A program made the translations under genes and the position numbers. A stretch of 59,577 bases of DNA from an uncultured Rikenellaceae bacterium (GTDB lineage: Bacteria; Bacteroidota; Bacteroidia; Bacteroidales; VadinHA17). The notes beneath the pieces were generated by a model that saw only the letters and a list, made by a program, of their open reading frames with translations, ran no database searches and was not told the DNA's origin. The stretch lies in contig CAZBQM010000005.1 in the NCBI GenBank assembly GCA_964494045.1, forward strand, positions 1-59,577, read 5' to 3'. Positions 1 to 8,584 of this stretch are shown here, piece after piece (positions within the stretch are counted from its first letter, which is position 1; each line of letters begins with the position of its first letter).

Positions 1-53
1 CAATATAGCCCCGGGTAGGAACTATGTCAACACGTGGTACGCCGAATGCTTAC
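1..53 (-). mobile_element. possible IS66-family terminal inverted repeat (element running off the window edge)
   Basis: Minus strand from 53 reads GTAAGCATTCGGCGTACC; IS66 ends characteristically begin GTAA(GC). Bases 1-53 are 27/53 GC inside an AT-rich gene, and the YD ORF ends in an atypical tail here. No transposase is visible. Confidence 0.3.
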
Positions 54-2381
54 AACCATAGTTCCATATGGAGTATTGGGTGATGAAATAAAATCATACG
101 GATATTTAAAATAAGAAACAATTGAATCACCTTTGCTATCAGTTTGCCTGAATCGCTTAAGTTGATGGTATACCTGATCATATAAATAAGTTTTTTCTTT
201 AACAATATCACCACTAATACTATAATCAGTCTCTCGGGTTTTAATGAGATCTGTCCGGCCTGTGTATGGGTAATAATGGATTGCATTATAAATTGCATAA
301 TCAGTCTCAGGAGGATGTGGATAATTGCCCGCAGTAAGGGTACAATCACTATTTGTCCACGAACCTGGTTTATCACGATAAGGCCCTGCTACTAAAGTTA
401 CTTGCAGAGACTTATAGTTTGGGTCGATTACTTTGTCCATTTTAAAATCATAATAATGGCTTATTTTCTTAATAAGAAAATTATCAGACGTATAGTATTT
501 TACGGAATCCAATTTACCATCTGCCCAGCTAAGGTATTGAATGGGTACAAATGGAAAGCTATTACTAATTCCTGGTTCTGGATTTTGAAATAGATAGAAG
601 CCTTCATTCTTAAAATAATATTTAGTAGTACCGTTTGATTGACCATTTTTTGTTTTACATACCTTAATAGTATCATAGGTAACCGGGCTTCCCTGAGAAA
701 AACCCATTGATCTGGTTGAATAACTTGTTTTAGCTTCACAACTATCTCCGTAGTGCCAGTACTCATAGTTGAAGACATAATCAGTGAAGTTGCCTCCTTC
801 AGGATAACTATACTCAGTTATTACATCATTGTTTTCATTTATGCCATCAGAATCTATTGTCTTCTTAACTCGTACCCCACCTACTATTTTACCAGTGGCT
901 TCGTTTGGTTCATTTTGGAATTCAGTGTATCCGCCTGTAGGATAGATAATTTTCTTAAGACTGCTTGCTTTGGCATATTCACCAACTGGATCACGGAAAG
1001 CACCATTGTCATTCGTATTTAGCTTGGGGACAAAGTATGTGATATTTTCACGATGTCCATTATAAAATCCCCAATAATCCTGCGCAAATGATCTTCTTCC
1101 AGCCAAAAAATGCGAATCATCATATATAAAGCGATATGGAGGAATTTGGATAGAACCACTGAACTTATAAATACTGTCAAGCCTTAATCTGCATAGATAT
1201 CCACTATTATCTGGAAAAGAAGATGCAGGAGCATCATATGGGACCACATTACCTTCATAATCTCTAGCGACCGTATACGAATGATTCAAATGGTACCCAT
1301 ATTGATCGTTAGCGTCTCTGATAATAATCTGGCGTAGTGCAAAGTCTCCAACATCTAAATCCTTTCGTGTATTTGTATCATACTGGAATCTGACTGTTAT
1401 ACCTCCCGGCAATGTGATGCTGTCCAAACTGAGAGCATTACTAAATTGAGATAAATGATCTAATTCATGTGTGTATTCAATATCCTTAATTGTATCGGTA
1501 CCATAAAAAGGTGGGTGGAAAACCGTTTGGCCTCCGAATGTTCTGTATTCTATCTTGTTTTTATAATAAGTAAAGCCAATTGTATCACTTGTAAAGGGAG
1601 CATCAATTTTAGAAAGATACCATGAGGATATACAAGAATTTGAATAATTGGTATCTTCATATTCCACATCATTGAAAGTATACCTTATTCCCTCTGGTGT
1701 TGTGATAATAAAAAAATCATCATTAACACATTCGATTTTAAGGTTGGTCTGGGGTATTTGTAAGATGCTGTCATTAAGACCAATTATGAATTTTCCTGAA
1801 TGACCATCAAAATTGTAACTATATAAATCAAACTGTCCATCCCTTGCTCCATTTCGTATTGAAACATATTCTGTGAAAGTGTTTTCATCAGTACAATACG
1901 TCTCCCCACTTTCGCAGAAAGATGAAATATTATCAGAGTAAGCATAATAACCGAGATGGGTCCAAACCAAACATCCTGCGACCCTAAATATTGTACCTAT
2001 ACCATTTGGTAAAGTATCACCATAATTTCGTATGCCAGATGTATTCTCGTCAGGTAAACCAAATACTGTTCTTGAAATTACCCCACCTGCTGATAGTGCC
2101 CAACCTAATCCTACATTAGAAGCAATTTCTTCGACTTTTATACCGCCGGCATGGTAATTTAGAGATAGATTGAGTTTTAATTTATTTGTAACTCCTTCAT
2201 AACTATATAATGGAATGCTAATATCGGGGATTCCTGTTGTCAGTCCAACAGGAACTTCTCCAAATATTCCCAATGAGACAGCATTTGGTGATGGAGGAAA
2301 GATATTTGCTATGTGAGATTCCTGTCCTTCCAGGATAAGGCTTGATGTTAATAAAAATACGAATAATTTAATTGATTTCAT
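27..2381 (-). CDS. secreted YD-repeat/RHS-like protein of Bacteroidota type, probably C-terminally truncated
   Basis: N-terminal signal peptide; PPSPNA..G..PV...TG.P.ISIPLY and LSLNYHAGGIKVEEIASNVGLGW motifs; DYWGFYNG and YPTGGYTEF segments; ends abruptly after YKYPYDF..PYGTMVV. Confidence 0.75.
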   Translation of the reverse strand: MKSIKLFVFLLTSSLILEGQESHIANIFPPSPNAVSLGIFGEVPVGLTTGIPDISIPLYSYEGVTNKLKLNLSLNYHAGGIKVEEIASNVGLGWALSAGGVISRTVFGLPDENTSGIRNYGDTLPNGIGTIFRVAGCLVWTHLGYYAYSDNISSFCESGETYCTDENTFTEYVSIRNGARDGQFDLYSYNFDGHSGKFIIGLNDSILQIPQTNLKIECVNDDFFIITTPEGIRYTFNDVEYEDTNYSNSCISSWYLSKIDAPFTSDTIGFTYYKNKIEYRTFGGQTVFHPPFYGTDTIKDIEYTHELDHLSQFSNALSLDSITLPGGITVRFQYDTNTRKDLDVGDFALRQIIIRDANDQYGYHLNHSYTVARDYEGNVVPYDAPASSFPDNSGYLCRLRLDSIYKFSGSIQIPPYRFIYDDSHFLAGRRSFAQDYWGFYNGHRENITYFVPKLNTNDNGAFRDPVGEYAKASSLKKIIYPTGGYTEFQNEPNEATGKIVGGVRVKKTIDSDGINENNDVITEYSYPEGGNFTDYVFNYEYWHYGDSCEAKTSYSTRSMGFSQGSPVTYDTIKVCKTKNGQSNGTTKYYFKNEGFYLFQNPEPGISNSFPFVPIQYLSWADGKLDSVKYYTSDNFLIKKISHYYDFKMDKVIDPNYKSLQVTLVAGPYRDKPGSWTNSDCTLTAGNYPHPPETDYAIYNAIHYYPYTGRTDLIKTRETDYSISGDIVKEKTYLYDQVYHQLKRFRQTDSKGDSIVSYFKYPYDFISSPNTPYGTMVVSIRRTTC

Positions 2382-2688
2382 AGTTGTAATTATGTATATC
2401 GGACTTAACTATCGTTTCTTAATCACTTAATAATTCATTGTTGTGTTTATCAATAATTAACCTCATTAAATTATGATGAAAAGTCTATGTTACTAATCCA
2501 CTCACGAGAAATATTCATAAATCCAGACCCTGACTTTTGGGATTTATATGCTGCTGTTTGTAAAATAAAAAGGTCAAAAATTTCTTAATAAAGCTTTATA
2601 AGATTTATAGAACACTTTCGTCATATGATGGAATACTTTTTATACTTAATGTTTTATAAATGATTTTATAGAATAGTGATTTAAAACG

Positions 2689-2723
2689 TTCCGATAATTT
2701 AGAATTGCTCTAAATTATCGGAA
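2689..2723. repeat. perfect 15-bp inverted repeat with 5-nt spacer
   Basis: TTCCGATAATTTAGA-ATTGC-TCTAAATTATCGGAA in the divergent intergenic region. Confidence 0.9.
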
Positions 2724-2805
2724 TCACCATAAAGAATTAGTTATAACATTATTCTATCTTTCATAGATTTTGTCATTAATAGGTAGAAATCTTAAAAACA
2801 TTTAA

Positions 2806-3291
2806 ATGAAAAATTCAATCCTGTTAATAGTATTTTTAGTGACTTGGCAGAATCTTTTATCCCAAGAAATAAAATTAAGTCACGATAATAAAGAGTATTT
2901 TAAAGACATCGAGACTCATGAATTGATTGATGAGATGCCGGATGGTGATTACCTTGTCTTTGTTGATGAAGCAAAGAGCATTTTGGATTATAAAGGTTCA
3001 ATCATAAATCATAAAAGGGTAAATACCTGGACCTGGTTTTTTGAAACAGGTGTAAAAAGAATAGAAATTGTATATCTAAATGGTCTGCAAAATGAGCTTA
3101 CAGCTTATTATCCGAATGGGAATAAGAGTGTTACACGGGTATATTCTCAAGGAGTTCCTAACGGTCCTTTTGCAAGATGGTTTCAGAATGGTGCAATAAG
3201 TATAACCGGGGCCTATCTAAATGGTAATCCCTCTGGTATCTGGAAGTATTTTAAAGAAGACGGTGCATTGATACAAGAAAAAGAGTTCTGA
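2806..3291 (+). CDS. secreted MORN-variant repeat protein (YwqK-like)
   Basis: Signal peptide plus repeats WTWFFETG, YYPNGN, WFQNG, WKYFKEDG. Confidence 0.75.
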   Translation: MKNSILLIVFLVTWQNLLSQEIKLSHDNKEYFKDIETHELIDEMPDGDYLVFVDEAKSILDYKGSIINHKRVNTWTWFFETGVKRIEIVYLNGLQNELTAYYPNGNKSVTRVYSQGVPNGPFARWFQNGAISITGAYLNGNPSGIWKYFKEDGALIQEKEF

Positions 3292-3327
3292 TGGTAGAAT
3301 CTCTCGAGGTGACGAAATTGTAAATAA

Positions 3328-4467
3328 TTAATATATCCCTGTCCCCATCTGGAATATTGGCAAATACATAGATATTAGAATAATAGCTACTAATCCACCT
3401 ACAAATATTATAAGTATAGGTTCCAGAAGGTTGTTCATTGTTTTTATTTTTACATCAAGTTCTTCTGAATACTGATCGTAAAGTTGATTAAAGACAATAT
3501 CAAGTTTATTAACTTCTTCGGCTATCATTATCATGGAGATGATTTTTTTATCAAAAAAATCATGAGCATCCATTCCTTCAGATAAGGGAATACCTATAGA
3601 AAGCTTAGTTCTTATATCTCCCAGTGCATATTCAAGGGGATAAAAACCAATCATTTGCCTAATCAGGTTTATAGATTCCATTAATTGTACTTTTGAGCTT
3701 ATAAGCAGCTTCATCATTTGACAAAATCTGGTTTTAAAGGTAAGGCTGATTATATTCCCGGCCACAGGAATTTTTAATAGTATTCCAGACATGGCTTTTC
3801 TGTACCAGATTTTCTTTTTATTAATAATATGTATAATAATTAAAATAATAACCAATAACGAAAAGAACAGGAAATACTTTGGTAACGAATCTGATAGGAT
3901 AATTATTGATTTAGTCAAAGCAGGAAGGGTTCCGTTAAATCTCATAAAAACATCTTCAAACATTGGGACAACGTAATTAAGCATAAATAATAAGCTAATT
4001 ACTGTGGTAAATAAAACCAGGATTGGATAGGATAAAGCACTTCTGATTTGCATTTGCTGTATTATTTTTCTAGAATAGTAAGCAGTTAGCTCTTTTAATA
4101 CGGATGACAATGATCCTCCTTCTTCACCTATTCTTATTGAATAATAATCATAGACAGAAAAAAAATCGGATTTTTCCAATGCAGTTGATAAGGGGTTGCC
4201 ATTTACTATAGTACTTAGAATATTTTTTAAAATCTGTTTTTCATTTTTACGAGTGATTCCACATATTATTATTTCGAGAGCTTTTTTAATATCTACTCCA
4301 GAACATATCAAAACAGCTAACTCTGAGAAAAATCTGCTTTTAAACAGGCTTGTATTAACCAGGAAATGAAAAGATTTCGGCCTGTACACAATATTATTTT
4401 TAATGTAATTTGCTTTATTTGGAGCACTATTTATTTTTGATAGAATATGTGTCGTATTTATTTGCAT
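3328..4467 (-). CDS. gspF: type II secretion F / PilC inner-membrane platform protein
   Basis: Two T2SSF-like repeats (ELAVLICSGV..., IRIGEEGGSL; MKLLISSKV..., IMIAEEVNKL), ALSYP motif, LLEP..I..VGG.VA.IL.SMYLPIF terminus. Confidence 0.9.
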   Translation of the reverse strand: MQINTTHILSKINSAPNKANYIKNNIVYRPKSFHFLVNTSLFKSRFFSELAVLICSGVDIKKALEIIICGITRKNEKQILKNILSTIVNGNPLSTALEKSDFFSVYDYYSIRIGEEGGSLSSVLKELTAYYSRKIIQQMQIRSALSYPILVLFTTVISLLFMLNYVVPMFEDVFMRFNGTLPALTKSIIILSDSLPKYFLFFSLLVIILIIIHIINKKKIWYRKAMSGILLKIPVAGNIISLTFKTRFCQMMKLLISSKVQLMESINLIRQMIGFYPLEYALGDIRTKLSIGIPLSEGMDAHDFFDKKIISMIMIAEEVNKLDIVFNQLYDQYSEELDVKIKTMNNLLEPILIIFVGGLVAIILISMYLPIFQMGTGIY

Positions 4468-4952
4468 GAGGAGGGGTCATTAATTATTTCCTGACAAGTA
4501 TATGGTCTTTTAAAATTAAAATGATAATTAAGATTATTCTCTGAAATTGTAAAAGACATTTCTGAGATCGATCTGCTACTATCATTTAAATTGAGTATTT
4601 CAAGATTTTGACATTTAAGTCTAATAGTATCTTTATAGTTAACTTTTGAAATTATTATTCCGAAAGGTCTAAATGACATCTTAATTGTATCTTGTGGTGA
4701 ACAGATAAAATCAAACTCATTGGGATCCGTATTAAGAATCTTTGATGAATTCAGAAAGTTTTCATTTAAAACAGTATGTAGATTTAAAATTTCATTATTA
4801 CGGGATGACAACTTGTTTTCGGATGAAGCTATTGAAAGTATTGAAATAATTATCTTCACAGCAAAAGTCATTAATATCCCGGAAATAGTCATTGCTACTA
4901 CAACCTCAATGAGAGTAAATCCCGGAAATGTGTAATTCTTTTTCCCCTTCAT
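4458..4952 (-). CDS. minor pilin/pseudopilin (GspJ/PilW-like)
   Basis: Class III signal PG|FTLIEVVVAM followed by a hydrophobic helix. Confidence 0.8.
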   Translation of the reverse strand: MKGKKNYTFPGFTLIEVVVAMTISGILMTFAVKIIISILSIASSENKLSSRNNEILNLHTVLNENFLNSSKILNTDPNEFDFICSPQDTIKMSFRPFGIIISKVNYKDTIRLKCQNLEILNLNDSSRSISEMSFTISENNLNYHFNFKRPYTCQEIINDPSSCK

Positions 4953-5323
4953 TATTCACTCAGTTTTTTTGTATAATTGTTCTCCTTACGTATTGAAGAT
5001 ATTTCAAATAATTTAATACTATCCTGCGAAATGACAGTAATCCTCGTAATAAAGAGAAAAGGAATTGAATCATATTGTTCCTTGCAAAGAGACATTGTAA
5101 ATGGTGGCTGTATAATCTCCTGCTTTCCAATATTTAATGAATCCGATTGTTGAATTAAACTTTCAGCTTCCATATATGCATAAACTAAAAGTGTATTATT
5201 ATATGATCTTTTTATACTCGTTATTACAAGAAAGGATAGAGTAAATGCAGTAACAAGTAAAGTCATTGCAACAAGAGTTTCAATAAGAGTGCTGCCACAA
5301 AGTTTTTTTTTAATTATAACCAT
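4952..5323 (-). CDS. minor pilin/pseudopilin (GspI/PilV-like)
   Basis: KKKLCG|STLIETLVAM class III-like signal with Glu at +5. Confidence 0.7.
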   Translation of the reverse strand: MVIIKKKLCGSTLIETLVAMTLLVTAFTLSFLVITSIKRSYNNTLLVYAYMEAESLIQQSDSLNIGKQEIIQPPFTMSLCKEQYDSIPFLFITRITVISQDSIKLFEISSIRKENNYTKKLSE

Positions 5324-6573
5324 TTTATAATAGTTTTGTGTGGATTCTCCTTGAATAAATCTATATACCCAAAATGTTTTGAAAGTCCGTTGTAATCAAT
5401 TCTTGTATTAAGTAAATGGTTGTAATACCTTGCTTTTAAAGTTCCCAGATAGAATGATTGACAATACAATGTGCCTTCAATTTCACCTTTTAATTCTACC
5501 AATCCCGGACAATAAATCTGGCCAACAGCTCTAGCCCCATTCTCAAGTTTAATATATGATGTTAATCCTGCACTTTTGATTAATATTCCCCCTTTTACAT
5601 AGGAATTTTCATCAATGGAAATAATTAACGAATCTGCGGGATTATATCTACTCTTGTCAGATTGTAAAACACATAACTGAGATGGATAATATAAATTACA
5701 ATTCTCTTCAACTATAATAGATTGAATTGCAAATGCCTGAATCTCTCCCTTAAATCCTTTTTTAATCTTTATACTAGGAGCAATTAGTATTATATCAGTC
5801 ATTTGAGATGTTGAATCAAGTTCTATTCCCCTTGTAGACCAAAGTACAATATTGCCGGTGAGGTTATAATTAGCCAGTTTATTCATTGTATCATTGTAGA
5901 GAAATATTGTTTTACTAAAAAATGAATTAGAGTAAACTTTGTTATCTAATTCAAGAATGTTAACAATACTATCGGATTGATTTTCTATATCTTCAACATA
6001 ATCAATTGTATATTCGAAAAGATACTCATCGAGCTCAGGAAAAGTCTTTGGACTTTCTTTTATTATTCCTGAGACAAGTTTTTTGTGTATAAATTGCTGT
6101 CCTTCAATTGAAGCTGATCGTACAGTTTTTTCCGGCAGATAGCAAGTTCCCTTTAAGATAGTATTTCCACTAAGAGAGAGTATACTGCCATTATCCTGCA
6201 AAAACAGAGCAATTGGTTCTTGAAAATTAATATCGCTTGCAACAAGACATTGTTTTGAGAAAGATAAATTCTTCCAGTTTGCAGAAGATTTTATTACAAA
6301 ATAATTGCCCCATTTCTTTCGTGACATATAAACTCTATCTGAAGGACTATCAAATAGCGTGATTGTAATAGTATCCTCTTGTTTAAATATATCCTCTCCT
6401 GCCAGATATATGTTAATTGCAGAAATAACATTTCTTCTTATCCTATCCTGATTGAATTTATTTAAGAACAATCTATTATCATAATACGATAATAATAAAA
6501 CAAAACCAACAAAAGAGCCTGTAAGTACTATCACCACAAGAGAATAATATAAAATTCCACCCTTAAATTTCAT
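5314..6573 (-). CDS. large minor pilin-like protein (GspK/PilX-like)
   Basis: MKFKG|GILYYSLVV hydrophobic N-terminus lacking Glu+5; large beta-rich C-terminus; overlaps the pilin genes. Confidence 0.5.
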   Translation of the reverse strand: MKFKGGILYYSLVVIVLTGSFVGFVLLLSYYDNRLFLNKFNQDRIRRNVISAINIYLAGEDIFKQEDTITITLFDSPSDRVYMSRKKWGNYFVIKSSANWKNLSFSKQCLVASDINFQEPIALFLQDNGSILSLSGNTILKGTCYLPEKTVRSASIEGQQFIHKKLVSGIIKESPKTFPELDEYLFEYTIDYVEDIENQSDSIVNILELDNKVYSNSFFSKTIFLYNDTMNKLANYNLTGNIVLWSTRGIELDSTSQMTDIILIAPSIKIKKGFKGEIQAFAIQSIIVEENCNLYYPSQLCVLQSDKSRYNPADSLIISIDENSYVKGGILIKSAGLTSYIKLENGARAVGQIYCPGLVELKGEIEGTLYCQSFYLGTLKARYYNHLLNTRIDYNGLSKHFGYIDLFKENPHKTIIKWL

Positions 6574-6634
6574 TAATATTTCATTTTAGTTTTCTATTAC
6601 GATAGATCCAATCGTAATAAGAGAATTGAAGTAA

Positions 6635-7162
6635 TTATTTATTAATCTTTGCTGTATCAAGTACTCTATTATCTTTTTTAAAAACTCTATTCATAATAGA
6701 TGATTCTTTAATTATCTCTCCCTTTTTATATCGCAGTTCTTCTTCGATGCTTCCATCTTGATTATACTTTAAGAACAATCCATTAAAATTTCCCTTCTTA
6801 TAATGACAGATTGCTCTTATACGGCCCGTTTGATACCATGTGGTCCATTTTCCATCCTTTAATCCTTTATTAAATACACCAGATTCAATCAAAGAATTGT
6901 TAACTAAAGCATTAAAATTGCCATGCAATAATTTCCCAGCATATCCACCCATATTTGAATTTATTTCCCCTTTTAAATACCAGAAATAGTTTCTATTAGA
7001 AAATGGTTTGACTTTCGTATTCTCTGTGAGGATATTTGATTTAATTAAAGTATCTCCTTTTCGGATTATTACTTCGCGATTCTGAAGTTCCTTATTAATA
7101 ATCTGTCCATTTACCATTATTTGAAGTGCCGAAAGCAGAATAAGTATAATTAATTCTCTCAT
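6635..7162 (-). CDS. secreted MORN-variant repeat protein inside the T2SS operon
   Basis: Signal peptide; LLHGNF, GLKDGKWTTWYQTG, NFNGLFLKYNQDG repeats. Confidence 0.75.
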   Translation of the reverse strand: MRELIILILLSALQIMVNGQIINKELQNREVIIRKGDTLIKSNILTENTKVKPFSNRNYFWYLKGEINSNMGGYAGKLLHGNFNALVNNSLIESGVFNKGLKDGKWTTWYQTGRIRAICHYKKGNFNGLFLKYNQDGSIEEELRYKKGEIIKESSIMNRVFKKDNRVLDTAKINK

Positions 7163-7165
7163 CTT

Positions 7166-7642
7166 CTACATTTTAATGATTGTTTTTACTTCATCTTCGA
7201 GTTCAACTTTTATCGAATCAGGGTAAATGGATATAATTTTAAGATCTGACACTTCATCATCCTGTTTTATAACCATTTTTTTGTTGTTTACAGATAGTAA
7301 ACCAAACAGAGCCCCCACCTTATTGTTTTCGATAAGTCCAAAGTAATTAATGTCAGGCCATTTAACTATATGTTTTTCTTCGACAATAATTGGTTTAATT
7401 AAGCCTTGTGTATTAATAACAGAGTTTGTTTTTAGTACGGAAGGTTCAAATGGATTCCTATAGTTAGCTTCTATTGTGATTGTATCAGTAAATACTTTGA
7501 ATTGGTTATCAACAAAGTACTCTACAGAACCAGTATCATTTATTCTGGAAGATTCAGAGTATTTTATCATTTTAAATACTATAAATCCCCAAATAAATAC
7601 TACAGCACTAATAAGAAGAATATTAACATATTTTTTATTCAT
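7166..7642 (-). CDS. PilP/GspC-like protein
   Basis: N-terminal TM, RNPF motif (compare PilP RDPF), C-terminal beta domain YFGLIE...GLLSVN...LKIISIYPDSIKV. Confidence 0.5.
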   Translation of the reverse strand: MNKKYVNILLISAVVFIWGFIVFKMIKYSESSRINDTGSVEYFVDNQFKVFTDTITIEANYRNPFEPSVLKTNSVINTQGLIKPIIVEEKHIVKWPDINYFGLIENNKVGALFGLLSVNNKKMVIKQDDEVSDLKIISIYPDSIKVELEDEVKTIIKM

Positions 7643-7674
7643 GTTCTAGGCTAAGTAATTATAATGCTTAATTC

Positions 7675-8046
7675 TTATAATGTGTCAATTTCAAAAGTAT
7701 TTATTGAAAATCCCGTGCAGCTTGATCCATTAATTGCTCTTACTCTCCATTGGTAGAATCCAGGTTGCAGAGATAATTGGAAGTAATTTTTTTCGAGAAC
7801 AGTATCAAGCTTAACACTGGATATTTCGGAAAAACTTGGACTCACAACCTGAAGTTCATACAACATAGAACCTGTTACAGTGGTCCACCAGAATCTTTGT
7901 AATTGTTCAGTTGTTACTAAGCTATCAGATGGTGCTAACAGTTCCACTTCGTCGCTCGAGATATCTATCTCAAAGATGTCACTACAGGAAAATATGTTAA
8001 GTAATATTACTGAGATGAAAATCTTCAAAGACATTATTCTATTCAT
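7675..8046 (-). CDS. small lipoprotein with fibronectin-III-like domain
   Basis: Lipobox IFSC; LLAP..D, W..V.G...Y.LQV and G.YQWRVRA.N motifs. Start may be 8034. Confidence 0.6.
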   Translation of the reverse strand: MNRIMSLKIFISVILLNIFSCSDIFEIDISSDEVELLAPSDSLVTTEQLQRFWWTTVTGSMLYELQVVSPSFSEISSVKLDTVLEKNYFQLSLQPGFYQWRVRAINGSSCTGFSINTFEIDTL

Positions 8047-8048
8047 TT

Positions 8049-8582
8049 CTATTCCTTTTGTTTAGTCGATTGAAAGTATATCCTCATTCGTAATGTAACG
8101 ACACCAGTTCTTAAATCTTTCTGATTAAAAAAATCCACTGAACTCAAATACCCGATAGTGGGGTCTTTAGAAATTACAAAAAGAAAGTTCAATAAATCAA
8201 TAAATGATCCTTGCAGAGTTACTTGTTGTGTCAAAATAGTAAATCCGTCAGATATTTCTGATGACAGATCAGGGAAATCAATTATTTTCAAATTCTTGCT
8301 GCCAATTATTGTTGTAGATTTTGAGAGAATATAAATTTGATAATTTTTATTGGTCTCTGTTATTGAACTTAGTTCCTGTTCAGTGGCTTTCAGCCTTTCC
8401 TCAATTAAATGCAGCTTTTCTGGAGCACCATCTATCAATTCCAGCTGGTTTTTATTTTTTACGAGATTTCTGTATTCATATAAGGTTTTTTTGAAAGCAA
8501 GATGGTAACAAAGAAAAATGAAAACTAAAGTTCCATAAATCAGACAATAAAATCGACTTTTATATGTTTTAGTGAGCAACAT
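8049..8582 (-). CDS. PilO/GspM-like protein
   Basis: N-terminal TM, coiled coil, VTLQGSFIDLLNFL ferredoxin-like-fold motif, position after the PilN-like gene. Confidence 0.55.
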   Translation of the reverse strand: MLLTKTYKSRFYCLIYGTLVFIFLCYHLAFKKTLYEYRNLVKNKNQLELIDGAPEKLHLIEERLKATEQELSSITETNKNYQIYILSKSTTIIGSKNLKIIDFPDLSSEISDGFTILTQQVTLQGSFIDLLNFLFVISKDPTIGYLSSVDFFNQKDLRTGVVTLRMRIYFQSTKQKE

Positions 8583-8584
8583 TA

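Noticed and set aside
18-65. 9-bp inverted repeat GGAACTATG / CATAGTTCC spanning the putative IS junction
   Set aside because: Short, with one arm inside coding sequence; could be chance.
2806-3291. Calling the MORN protein a true toxin-antitoxin antitoxin
   Set aside because: The YwqK label reflects repeat similarity only; no cognate toxin domain is visible in the window.
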